Shown one piece after another: positions 27,701 through 40,300 of a DNA stretch of 64,000 bases. The notes below the pieces were generated by a model. The model saw nothing but the letters and a program-made list of their open reading frames with translations. It was not told the DNA's origin and made no database searches. Origin of the DNA: the human T2T-CHM13v2.0 reference genome, Homo sapiens; the NCBI RefSeq assembly GCF_009914755.1, contig NC_060927.1. The stretch is one strand, 5' to 3'. Every line of letters begins with the position of its first letter. Within the stretch, counting starts at the first letter, position 1. Position numbers and translations under genes: made by a program.

Positions 27701-28457
27701 CCTAGATTTTGACTGCCTCTAACTTTAGGACCAGACAATGGCCCAGCATTTGTGGCAAAAATAGTACAACAGCTAACGCAGATGTTAAAAATCAAATGGA
27801 AACTGCCAACAGCTTATCTATCGCCCACAGAGTTCTCAAAAGTTGAAAGAATGAACCAGACACTCAAACAGCTGTTAAAGAAGTTTTGCCAAGAAACTCA
27901 TCTAAGGTGGGATCAGGTGCTGCCCATGGTCCTTCTCCGAATCAGGTGCACCCCTACTAAATTAACTGGGTATTCACTCTATGAGAGTGTTCAGCCGACC
28001 ACCCCCTATCATAACTCAGATAAAAGGAGATTTAAAAGAAATTGGGGGATTAACCTTAAGAAGGCAAATGCAAGCCTTAGGTGAGGCCGTGCAGGAAATA
28101 CAAGGGTGGGTAAGAGAAAGGATACCTGTTAGCCTCACAGATGCAGTACATCACTTCCAACCTGGAGACTCTGTCTAGATCAAATGATGGAACCCATCCA
28201 CTTTAAGGCCTTTATGAGATGGTCCCCATATTGTGATCTTGTCTACCCCCACTGCTGTTAAAGTTTCAGGTATCACACCTTGGGTTCATCATAGCTGGCT
28301 GAAACCAGCAGTAGCCACCTCCCAGGACCAGTGGACCAGTCAACAAAACCCAGACCACCCGACACGGCTGATCCTGCAGTGAAACCAAGCTGCTGCTGAC
28401 AAGGACAACTGCCCTGCTCCGACCACACTGGAGGCTGGTCGGTCCATGCATGGCTGA
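24781..28457 (+). pseudogene. pol: pro-pol (protease, RT, RNase H, integrase), disrupted
   Basis: Protease VDTGAEHS; RT YRPLQDL, YMDDLLL (25819); RNase H YFTDGSS, AQRAEL, YTDSRY; integrase H..H..CEQCLTC, VDFT, DNGPAF, VERMN; several stops and frameshifts. Confidence 0.96.
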
Positions 28458-28555
28458 AGCTTGAGGAAACATGGAGCCTTGTTCTAGTCACACAACTGGA
28501 AGCTGACTAGTCTATGCACAGCCAAAGCCTGAGGAAGTCAACAATAGACAAGAAA

Positions 28556-28675
28556 ATGTGGATTAAATTTACAAACATAGTTATATTCTTACTTGTACTG
28601 ATTGTTTTGCTGTCATGATATCTTTGCAAATGCTGCCAAACTTGTTATCCAGAAGGGTGCCCGTGCATAGTATAA
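28556..28675 (+). pseudogene. Putative 39-codon pre-env small membrane protein ORF (one internal TGA)
   Basis: Translates MWIKFTNIVIFLLVLIVLLS*YLCKCCQTCYPEGCPCIV-stop; A at -3 of the ATG; hydrophobic core plus Cys cluster. Confidence 0.5.
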
Positions 28676-29278
28676 GTAAGTTTAATTATATTAGTAATAC
28701 TGAAGCCACTGACACTTTCACCTATGGTTATAAAAGGGGACCAGGATGCCTGTCATCACTGTATGATAGTCACACTTTTTCCAGACCAGCTTCTAAAACT
28801 CTGTTATACCAGACCTACTATGAGTGTACAGGGACTCCTACAGGAACTTGTGTCTATAACCAGACTAGTTACCTGGTCTGTGATCCTGGAAATGGGCAGC
28901 TCCAAGTATGTTATGACCCAGAGTTCTTGCCCTGTGACTTCTGGTTTGAAGTCCAAATTGGCGAACCCCTAATGCCATCATATACAAACCTCACAGAAAC
29001 CGGGGTCTGTAAACTTGTAAACAAAACAGACGTATTCCCTTACTCACATAAAGGGCCTGTCTCTGTATATTTTGATGCCTGCCAAGCTGTACATCTCAGT
29101 AAACTAAATAATATTGGGACCATCTGTAAAAATCTAGGACAAGACAGTCAGCATCAGAGCCTCCAAGGACATACATACCACCACCCAAATAATGGCTCTG
29201 CAAAAGTACCAACCAGTATCCCAAGATGAGTATGTACCCACTCAAGAAGAAGTAGCTAACTATTGTGCTCTTTACTAA
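28676..29278 (+). pseudogene. env: env remnant (ERV3-like SU N-terminus fused to the TM cytoplasmic tail; large internal deletion)
   Basis: Signal-like VSLIILVILKPLTLSPMVIKG, then CHHC; frameshift ~28775; KTLLYQTYYECTGTPTGTCVYNQTSYLVCDPGNG resembles ERV3-1 Env; jumps at ~29172 to TTTQIMALQKYQPVSQ...ALY-stop. Confidence 0.9.
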
Positions 29279-29299
29279 TTTACATTTGTGTTGAGCACC

Positions 29300-29311
29300 A
29301 AAAAGGAGTAA
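29300..29311 (+). promoter_or_regulatory. Polypurine tract
   Basis: aaaaaggagtaa immediately before the 3' LTR TG. Confidence 0.8.
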
Positions 29312-29801
29312 TGAAGAAGGAATTAATGAAATCAACTATAACATAATAGTAGTAGTAATAGAAATTTTAAAATCCTCTTGAAGTTGCTGCAAATGTGACC
29401 CCCAACTTACACTCAAGTTAAAAGAGAATACTAACAGCCTGTCTTCTCTCTGTGGACAGTGGACCTTATTTATACTCCCCAGCTCCACATTCCTCAATGT
29501 TTATTACAGGCCCAGTGAGTTCCTGCACTGTTGCAGGGTCACAAGACCGATAAGTTTAGGTTGCAAGACATGTTTCTCTCAAGATGTAAGAAATGTTGTA
29601 ATGCTGCCTATGTTTCTTGCTTCTGTAACTTGCTTCTTGCCTCATGTAGTTCCCACCTTAAGATGTTTAAAAGTAGGAAAAGCACTTTGTTTGAGGCTCA
29701 GACTTTCTGGACATATGTCTGGCTGAGTCAGTGATCACCTTAATTTAATAAACCCTCCTGAACGTTTTTTGGTCTCTCCATTCTTTGATTGTCCCACAAC
29801 A
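29312..29801 (+). repeat. 3' LTR (490 bp)
   Basis: TG...CA termini; AATAAA at 29747-29752; followed by the CTAT TSD. Confidence 0.96.
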
Positions 29802-29842
29802 CTATATTCTAATAAAATTCCTCATTTAAATTATAATTTTGT

Positions 29843-29963
29843 AGTTGGGTGTGGTGGCATGTGCCTGTAGTCTCAGCTATTTGGGAGGCTGAGGCAAGAG
29901 GATCCCTTGAGCTCAGGAGTTCAAGGCCAGTCTGGACAACATAGTGAGAGCCAATCTAAAAAA
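29843..29963 (+). mobile_element. Alu monomer (FLAM/FRAM-like)
   Basis: gggtgtggtggcatgtgcctgtagtctcagcta...ggacaacatagtgaga followed by an A tail. Confidence 0.8.
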
Positions 29964-30273
29964 ATTGTTGTACTTTTCTCTAATTGATTCGATCTGTATT
30001 ACTTTTTAGGGCACAGGGAATACTATATTTTAGTTGAACCCATTGAGCTGAGTTAGATGCAATAGGTCAAATATGTTAATGTTCATGCCTTCAAAATTAA
30101 AATTCTTTCTACTTCCCTCCTCCAAAATGTGGGGCCTGTAGATGAGGTGGGTGAAATTAAAGTATCTTCACTTTTTATTCTAGGTGTTTTGATCTCATCA
30201 GTGGTGTTTCTGATCTTGCTGGTCTTCTAGGTATTGGTCCCCATTATGTGCTTACACAGCTTAAGTTTCCAGA

Positions 30274-30484
30274 CAGTGGTATGCTAGAGCCAACTTGTAC
30301 TAGCTTATGAAAGCCAATTGTGTACATCTTGTCCCAACTCTATATTTTGTCATTTTGGCTTGTCACTTGGTAGTTTTAAAGGGCCATGCTTGGAGTATTT
30401 ATAACCTGGAAATTGGCAAATGCTACAAATCTCAGCTGTTTCTCCTGAAGAGTTGATTGTTAAATATTTACAAACATACCACTC
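30274..30484. mobile_element. MER63-like hAT DNA transposon
   Basis: Inverted ends cagtggtatg ... cataccact; internal gagccaacttgtactagc. Confidence 0.65.
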
Positions 30485-30489
30485 CCTCC

Positions 30490-30920
30490 AGATGAAGTGG
30501 AATTCAAGCTGTGTATTGTCCTCTTCCATTTCCACTGTGGGCTTGTATAACTTGCTTTGACCAGTTTGACATTAGCAAGTATCGTGTCAGCAGATTTTTG
30601 TTAAGCCTTGCACAATGGAGATAGTCCTCTTTGGAACCTTGTAACTACCATGCTATGAGGAAGCCAAAGTCACATGAAGAAGCCATATGGAAGAGAACTG
30701 AGAAACATAGTTGAGAGCTAGAATGAGAACTCAGACATAGGACCTAAATTTAGCAATCCCAGCTAGCAGCTGTCAGTGTAAGCTACCTCAGGAGAGGTCC
30801 CAAGCAGCTTGGAATAGAGATGAGATGCTCCATTTTACCCTTCCTGAATTCCTAACACACAAAATTGTGAGAAAATAAGCTGGTAAGTTTTGGCGTGGTT
30901 TCTTACACAGCAATAAAACA
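30490..30920. mobile_element. MLT1-type MaLR LTR
   Basis: acttgctttgaccag, aagccatatggaagagaactgag, cacaaaattgtgagaaaata. Confidence 0.6.
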
Positions 30921-31829
30921 CTTGAATGAAAATGTTTTTCAGCTTTCTCAAAGTCTCGTGGCTCTTGATAGCTGACTCAATTTTACCTCACATTTTGTTC
31001 ATATTACATATGTGTCTGAGAATCCTCCATAATTTCCACTTGGTAAATGTCTTAGGCAGTTATGCCATTTCTCTTCATCTAGATCACCAGCACTCAATTC
31101 TTTGGTTGTCCTATGCTCAACAGAACCAAAACACCTCAGAGAAACTAGCCTCTGGTCTTCTAAGAGCAGACCACTCTTACTTGCAGGTATCTTTGATTGC
31201 TATACCCAGGTTGATGTGAGGACAGACAATAACACAATATCTTTCTAGCACCCTCAGAGTGATTTGGGTATAAAATTTCCTGCCTAAGATAACTCACTTG
31301 ACTTTAAGATACCATTTAATTTCTGGGCTAAATTTTAAAAATAACCATTTAATGACAACATGTTTGAGAAAAGTCCAAGAAACCTATTCCTTTTCAAATG
31401 AAAATGATTTTATAACAGTACAGTCACATACTTTTAAAAAGCTAATTGAGGCTGATAATCTAAATTACTATGCCAGTTATACTGAGAAGTGTAGTCTACA
31501 GTAACTTGCATTTGACATGGAGTTGATCTTCTGCTGACTTGATCAATAACTTAGCAGCCAAACAGGTGGCTCTATTATCTTACTTTGATGCTAAGAATCT
31601 GATTTTAATCAGATTTTAATTAGTTCCATGGATAAAATCAATTTGGACATGAGTTTGACAGTGCTACTTTAAATCTAACATTATGAATTAGAAATATTGG
31701 ACATGATTTCTGTAATGTGAAGATTTTAATGCAACCTTATTTTCCCATTATTTCGGTTCATGATTTTAAAGTATACTAAAAAAAAAAACTTGGAGAATCT
31801 TAGAAATATTAAACACTGTTTTTTTCTGT

Positions 31830-32580
31830 TGTTCTTACTATTTTAGGCTTTTGGATGGGAGGCTAATGATATCTCACTGTGGTTTTAATTTGCTCTATCT
31901 TGATGACTAATAAAGTTCAGCACATTTTCTCATGCTTACTGACCATTTGGATATCCTCTTTTGTAAAGTTTCTATTCAAACTTTTTGTATATATTTTTTC
32001 TATTTAATTACCTATTTGGACTGACTTCTAACATTTTTTATATATTTTAGATAAGAGCCCTTTTTCAGATAGATATATTGCAATTATGTTATCTATGTGG
32101 CTTACCTTTTTCCTCTCTTAATGGTATCTATTGAAAATTGAACTATATTAATAAAATTCAGTGTATCAGATTTTATGATTTGCACATCTTTTTTCTGTTT
32201 GAAAAATCTTTGCTTATATCAAAGACATAAAGATATTCTCCTATGCTTTCTCCTAAAATAATTTCTTTATATTTCACATTTAGATCTGCAACCCATCTGT
32301 AATAGCTTTTTTTTTTTTAATGGTTTGAGGTAGGGAACCAAGATTTTTTTTTTTTAATTCAACAAGGATATTCAGTTCATCCAGTACCATATTGGAAAGG
32401 CCACACTTATGCCACTGCTCTGTAATATTCCCTTTGTCATAAGTCAATTGACAGAGAGCCATGTAAGTGTGGTTCTCTGCACTCTATTCTGTTTCAGAGT
32501 CCTTTTGTATCTCCTTATGCCAATATCATTGTCATAATTGCTGTAACTATATAATGAGCCTTGATATCGTGTAGTGCGCT
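31830..32580 (-). mobile_element. Old L1ME-type fragment
   Basis: Antisense L1 ORF2 C-terminal motifs (tatctcactgtggttttaatttg, ccagtaccatattggaaagg). Confidence 0.65.
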
Positions 32581-34226
32581 TAATTATTTTTGACATTTAT
32601 ATATATATTTTCTTTTTGTTATTTTATTTTTAAATTGACATATAACTATATGTATTGAAGGAGTACAGTGTGATATTTTGGTACATGTATTCATTCTCTA
32701 ATATCAAATCAGCTAAGGAGAGGAGGGGGAAGAGGGAATGGGAAGAGGATAGTCAATTGGTATAAAGTTACAATTAGGAGAAATAAGTTCTGATGTTCTT
32801 TTAGAACTGCTCCTGCTGGTCTATGGATTGCATTTTGGGTTGTGAAAGGCTTTTTTTTTTTTTGAATTTACAGACTATATTAATTTATTTATTTGTATTA
32901 TTTATTTATTATTTTTATTTCCATAGGTTTTTGGGGAACAGGTGGTATTTGGTTACATGAGTAAGTTATTTAGTGGTGATTTGTGAGATTTTAGTGCACC
33001 CATCACCCGAGCAGTATACACTGAACCCAATTTGACTAAAGGTCTTCTTAAAATGGCATCAGGACCCATTAGGTGGGTCCTAATTCAATATGACTTGCAT
33101 CTTTATGAGGAGATTAAGATACAGATACAGCGAGGGAAGACCATGTAAAGACATAGAAGATAAACATCTGCAAGCTAAGGACAGATGCTTCAGAAGAAAC
33201 CAGCCCTGCAGACACCCTTGATCTCCAGAACTATGATACATTTCTGTTGTTTAAGCTGACCAGTCTGTGGTACTTTGTTACAGCTCCAACAAGGTAATAC
33301 AACTATTGTTACTTTCTTGTTCAATAATTTCAAAAATGCATTTTTCAATATGTACTCGAGGCTCACTGGGTCACATTGGGAATATATATATATTCCCTAT
33401 GTATGTGTATATATACAAAATTATTTTTAATCTTTTAATATGTTGGCTTCATATTTTGGTCACTGTAGCTTTGGATTATTTTATCATTTTATTAATTCAC
33501 CTTTATTCAGAGTGTCAATCTTAAGTTTTCAATGAGATTTTAATATACCTATTGATAAAAGAAGAAATAGGTATAATTAGGGTGAACAAAAAGAAGTCGT
33601 TTGGACAAAAAATATAGAGTAGACAAAAGACATGAGTATCCAAGGTCATGAATACTGTAATAGCAGAGAACGGAGGCAGCCTGTCAGGTAACACTGAGCA
33701 GGAACCAAACAACAAACTAAAACTTTACATACGTGTCACTTGGGGATTTTGTTTTGTTTACATGTGGATTCTGAATCAGTAGCTCTGGAGTGGTGCCTAC
33801 GAATTCAGGTGACATGGCTGCTGGTGGTCTATTGATTGCATTTTGAATTCCAAAAGGCTAGATTATCTGCTTCTTCATACTTTTATCGACTTCCTAGCAT
33901 TCTCTGGTGCAGACCTGTTTCTTCCACCTGGCTCACACTCATCTCATTGATGTACTTGCAGCTACTGTACATTTTGCCCTCATCTTATTTGCTTAAGTTA
34001 TACTTGAAAGACTTTTATCTTTCCTGACCCAAGTGAAACTATTTTGTCAATCTGAGTGGGTTTAATAGCATTTCCTGGTGCTATCTCCAGCACCATTCTA
34101 TGTTGCCAGTCCTCTTCAATGAAACCAGAAGTCACTTTCTGTTTATTTCCAATATAATTGGGCTGTACTTAATGAAAACCTGACATACAATTCTACAATT
34201 TTAAAAAGGTTACTTTAAAAAAAGGT

Positions 34227-34228
<2 letters not shown>

Positions 34229-34272
<44 letters not shown>
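34229..34272. repeat. (AT)n microsatellite, about 22 units
   Basis: Direct read. Confidence 0.95.
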
Positions 34273-34278
<6 letters not shown>

Positions 34279-34719
34279 ATGAATTTAGAGGAAAATGTGA
34301 GTTATTGAAAAATGAATAATGTTAGATATTCTAGCAGAAATACAAAACATTACTATTTAATAGTGAGCATCCTAGCTTTCATGTTGTAATTATTATATAA
34401 GAAGATATTCCTAACATTTTAGTTATTTGTCATTAAAACTTAAAAATTTATTGAGTTAATATGCTATTAGGCAAAGAAATATAGGTTTCATTGTATATAA
34501 GTAATATCTTTTGAAATAAATAGTTATTGATATGCATCATCAACTCTTTTGACATTTGTGTTATCTCAATAATGAAGAATAAAAATGGAAATAACTGACA
34601 TTTTAACTCACTAGTTATTATAGTTAACTGATATTTTAACTCATATATGTATATTTATATATATATATTTAACTCATATCTATCTATATATAACTCATAA
34701 TTTTAATTATAATAACTAT

Positions 34720-35830
34720 ATTTTGAAGTCTTAACCCCAATATGATCATATTGGGGGGGGGCTTTGAGAAGTAATTAGGTTTAGATAAAATCATGATGGT
34801 GGGGCCCCCCTGATGGGATTAGTGTTCCTATAAGAAGAAGAAAAAATTGATCTCTGTCTCCCTTCTTCCCTCTCTCTCTCTCTCTGCCATGTGACAATAC
34901 AGTGAGAAGGCAGCAGTTTTCAAGCTAAGAAGAGGACCCTTATCAAGAACCAAATCTGGTGCCACCTTGATGTTGAAATTCCAGTGTCCCAATCTGTGAG
35001 AAATACATGCCTTTTTTTTGAGTTGTGGAGTCTATGGTATTTTGCTGTAGCAGTTTTAGCTGACTAACACAGAAATTGGTACCACAAGTGGGGTGCTTAT
35101 TTAACAAATACCTAAAAATGTGGAAGCAGCTTTGGAACTAGGTAATGGGTAGAGCTTGGAATAGTTTTGAGGTACATTATAGAAATGTACACAATGAGGA
35201 CAATTATGATGAGAGCTCAGAAGAAAGGAGTTGTAGAGAAAGTTTACATCATATATAAGTAGTCATAGACAGAATAATGATAGAAATGTGGACAATAAAG
35301 CCCATTCTAGTGATATCTTATACAGGTATGAGGAACATGTTATTAGACAATGAAGAAAAGGCAATCCTTTTCATAAAATGGCAAGGAACTTGGCTGAATT
35401 GTATTCATGTTCTAAAGTTTTATAAGAGATAGAACTTTCAAGCAATGAAATTGGATATTTAGCTGAGGACATTTCTAACCAAAGCATTGAAGGAGTGACT
35501 TGATTCCTCATGATTGTTCATAATAAAATGTGAGAAGTTAAAAATAAATTGAAGAAGGAATTGCCAAAAAATATTTGTAAAATTCTGAGCCTATGCACAT
35601 TGCAAAAATTGAGAAAATTTGTTTGGAAGATAACCTCAAGTGTGTAGCTGAACAACTATTTGATAAAAAAAATTTCTGTGGGTATGAGCTATAAACCTAA
35701 TCAGCCATCTCAACAGAAACCAGAAAGAGATACCTCGCAAGAATTGGACCACGCCTGCACACTGTTAATGAACTCCCAGCCTCCATAACTGTGAGAAATA
35801 ACTTTCTGTTATTTAAGCCACCCAGTGTAT
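34720..35830 (+). mobile_element. MaLR (MLT1A/MST-like) LTR with internal sequence
   Basis: LTR 3' end gctgactaacaca followed by internal start gaaattggtacc...aaaatgtggaagcagctttggaact. Confidence 0.7.
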
Positions 35831-36239
35831 GGATTGAAATTGCTTTCTCCAGCTTTCTTCTGAAATATACACATTGAACTCAGCATAATATTTGCTTCTA
35901 ACTGGCATCATTTAATGTTGTGTGCCAGGGGGACCTCCTATTCTTACTGTATATTAATTAATTTTGGTTATACAGAAGGGGGCTCTGTGAATCTTGACTT
36001 CCTGCCAGTACAATCAAATGTGAACTGTGGTAATGGAAAGCAAATGTTACCTTCAGAATTCTAGTAAGGAAGATATTACTTACAACTTATTTAAAAAGTA
36101 AGTTATGTTTTAGTTTAATGATGACAAACTTCTTTAGTGGTTACAGGGTCTGAAATGAGCACCCAGTTAGTATTCTGCTCTTTCCTGGTCCATGCACAAT
36201 GCAATTTCAAAATTTCATTTTTTAACAGCTTCATTGTTA

Positions 36240-36620
36240 TTGATTACATCATGCCTCTACCCTTCATATGTTGAAGCCCTAATCCTCAATGTGACTGTAT
36301 TTGAATTTAGGGCCTTTAATGAGGCAATTAAGGTTACATTAGGCCATGAGGTAGGGCCTAGTCTGATAGTACTGGTGTCCTTCAAGAAGAGAAATAGATA
36401 CCAGTGATCTCTCTCCTTTTGTGCATGCACAGAGGAAAAGCCAAGTGAGAAAACAGAGAAGGTGGCTGTCTATAAGCAAGAAAGAGAGGCTTCACCAAAA
36501 ACCAACTGGACAGCATTCTCATTCTGATCTTGGACATCTAGCATCTAAAACTGTGAGACATACATTTCTGTTGTGTAAACCTCCCAGCCTGTTTTGTTAT
36601 GACAGCCCTAGCAGATGAAT
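36240..36620 (+). mobile_element. MaLR (MLT1A/MST-like) solo LTR
   Basis: tatgttgaagccctaatcctcaatgtgactgtatttg...aaaactgtgagacatacatttctgttg...gcagatgaata. Confidence 0.7.
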
Positions 36621-37110
36621 ATGCCTATTTTCCACATTTTATTAATTTTAGAATGACTCTTCTTTCTTTTGAAAGCAACTATTGTGAAAAGTTGAGAGTA
36701 AAAGCAAGTGGAGATGGAAAGAAAATGACTGAGAAAATAAGCTTGTTCTTAAACTCTGGCTTGTATTTACTAGAGTTTTTACTAGCTAGAGTATTTACTA
36801 CACAAGAAGATACCTGCAGACTGCTGTGGTTGCACAAAAGTCTGATTGTAAGGTTTTCTCTTGGGCTGAAATATTTCTTATCCTTCTGCCCCACCATGTA
36901 TAGGGAGCTAACTATAATTTATAGTCAGAATGTATGCGGTATAGTCAGCTTATATACATTATACATATATGAATATTCATATTGTTTATTAACATATTTA
37001 ACTAATTTTCACATTGGAATAATTTTTGACATATTTGCTAATGTATCTCTCCCCTCCAAGATACACAGACACCACAGACAAAGACCACACACACATTCAC
37101 ATACACTTAA

Positions 37111-37659
<549 letters not shown>

Positions 37660-38869
37660 TAGTTGAATAACAAAATGAATAAATAAATAAATCATACTCC
37701 AGTTAAATCTGCTGGAGAGATTTCAAAGTATGTGACCTGCATGAAACAGGTCTAACAATGCAACAGAGTATGATGAACTTGAATAATTTGGTGGGACCAC
37801 CATGACAATGTTATGACTCTTGATGTGAATCCTACTATTTTCAATGTTTATTATGAAAAGGCCATGACTAAAAAAGCCCTGAAAATTAGCTGGCCAAAAG
37901 CTACATAATTTAAGTATACTTTATTCATGTTCAAATACTAAATTGTTATTTCATTAATACTTGACCTTAGGTCAAACACATTAGCCTGCCAAGTAAAGTC
38001 TATGTCAGTCAAGGTCCCATGTTCCCCCTAAAAGATTTATAGAATTGTGTGGTACCCCAAATAAATATCATTTCTAAGGTCTTCTCTTTTTCTCCATCTG
38101 TTTATCTGTCATCTGTCTCTCTCTCTTTTTCTCTTAAAAAGAAAATTCTCAAGATGCTATCAAAACGATTAAGTTGTATGGAACAAGAACAGCATTGCGA
38201 TGTTAGTTGCAAATTATATTAGGACTAGGGCATCAACATGAATCAATCTCTTGTTTTACTCTTTATAATGTAACTGTAATGAACAATTAATCTTTGCGTG
38301 TTTTTTTCTCCAGTGGAATTAATGCTTAGGCTTGTGTAGAGCTCCCCTCCATACAATAAAGATATACTCTTTTTACTTCTGTTTCAATTGAACTCCTTTA
38401 TAAATCCTTAATAAAGGATATGCTGATTATGGGATTAAATATTTAATGTTTTTTGCCTATCTGGAATTTCTTTCTCTGAATTCAACAATAGGGTAAGAAC
38501 CCTAATAAAATAATCTCTTTTACAGAACACCTGTTCCAGGAACTACAGTAGTTTCTTTATATATGGGAAACAATTTAATCCTCATACCCACACAGGAAGT
38601 TGAGCATGAGTATCTCCATTTTCCAGATAAAAGACTGTGAGGACTATGCACATTGTCACCCAGGTTGGAAATGCTAGAGCTGGGATCAATATCCAGATCT
38701 GTCTGGCATCCTTTTCAGTCTAAATACATAAAAGAAGTATTTCATGGGGATACAGTGAGGTGTCACTAATATATTAGGTGTCATAAGGTTTAGATTTATG
38801 ATGAATTTAGCCTCCACTTTGCAAATTTCCATTTAAAAAAAGAAGTTGTAATGAATTATTGTCATAACC

Positions 38870-39100
38870 TTGCTATTCACTGAGTACTTCTTTTGGTGTG
38901 CCTGGAAAAATGGGTTAAGCACTTTATATGCATTAGTTCATGTGATCCTCAGAAGAAATTATGTAGGTGCTTTTATTTGTATTTGACAGATGAAATAAGT
39001 GCAACTCAGAGAAGTTTATCAACTTGCTCCAGGTTACACAACTTTAAGTGGCAAAGTTGGGGCTCAAACCAGAGCCACATCCTTAACCACCACCCTTTTC
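38870..39100 (+). mobile_element. MIR SINE
   Basis: Core-like acagatgaaataagtgcaactcagagaagtt..acttgctccaggttacaca. Confidence 0.6.
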
Positions 39101-39205
39101 TGTAAAACAAGCTCGGAATCCACTTAAAAACTGTTTTTTTACAGTTTTATCAGAGCCTAAGATCAGCCCTGGGAATGAAAGGACTGAGGCTGGAAGTAGG
39201 GCTGA

Positions 39206-39521
<316 letters not shown>

Positions 39522-40129
39522 GGTGTTGTGTTTCTACTAAACAAGCAAAAGAGGAAGACCTTCAGCATACAGTCTTTATGGTAGTGTATGCACCACAGTA
39601 AAGGAAAGTTTTTACACTTATTTTCACTTTGTGTGCAATGAATGTCAATTGGGAAGACTGTTTTTATAGGCGCATAGACGCAACCTCCAGACTGGTAAAG
39701 TCATAGGGCCATGCTAACTCTTGAAATCTGAGAAATCCATTTTGTCATTCTAGGTAGTCATCAGAAATTTCAAAACACAGACCTTGTCCTCATTCTTGCT
39801 TTTGGGGAGAAATGTTCTTTGTATTCATTCCAGAAGCACATAGTCATTTTTCATTATTTAAAAATGTTTTACAGGGTCACGTTAACATTCTGCAATGTCA
39901 CATCAACATTTTAAAAATATTTTTTAAGCAACCAGCTCTCTTTATGGAGGTATTTGTCAAGAGGAAGTTCTGTTTCGTCACTAAATTCTTGTCACCCATG
40001 CAGATACTTTATTGGGTGATTTCCCACTACTTCTCCCATTCTATTCTTTCTCAAGCATCATTATCATGATTATTTTATTTAGGATCTAGTAGTTATCTTT
40101 TTTTTTCTTCTCTATATCCGAACCTTAGA

Positions 40130-40300
40130 GTAGGGCTGTCCAATATAGTAAATTTAAATTTAAATTAATTTAAATTATATAAAACAAAAAATTCAGTGTC
40201 TCAGTTTACTAGCCATGTTTAATGTGTACAATAGCCTTATGTGGCTTGTTGCTGCAATATTGAACATTGCAAATATATTTATTTTATTTCTAAAAGTTCT
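40130..40300. mobile_element. MER3/MER33-like hAT-Charlie fragment
   Basis: gctgtccaata...aaaattcagt..ctcagt..actagccatgtt...tagccttatgtggct. Confidence 0.55.

Larger units (their letters stand above)
21850..29801 (+). mobile_element. Full-structure class I endogenous retrovirus (HERV1/HERV3/HERV-E supergroup, PBS-Pro), decayed
   Basis: Paired LTRs; 4-bp TSD CTAT (21846-49, 29802-05); PBS; gag-pro-pol-env order; PPT. Confidence 0.97.

Noticed and set aside
28170-28225. Trp-to-stop changes (TAG, TGA) in the integrase C-terminus as APOBEC3 hypermutation
   Set aside because: Too few sites, and no provirus-wide G-to-A bias can be shown without a consensus alignment.
28616-28618. In-frame TGA in a Cys-rich ORF as a possible selenocysteine codon
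   Set aside because: No SECIS identified; a post-integration nonsense mutation is far more likely given the many other stops in the provirus.
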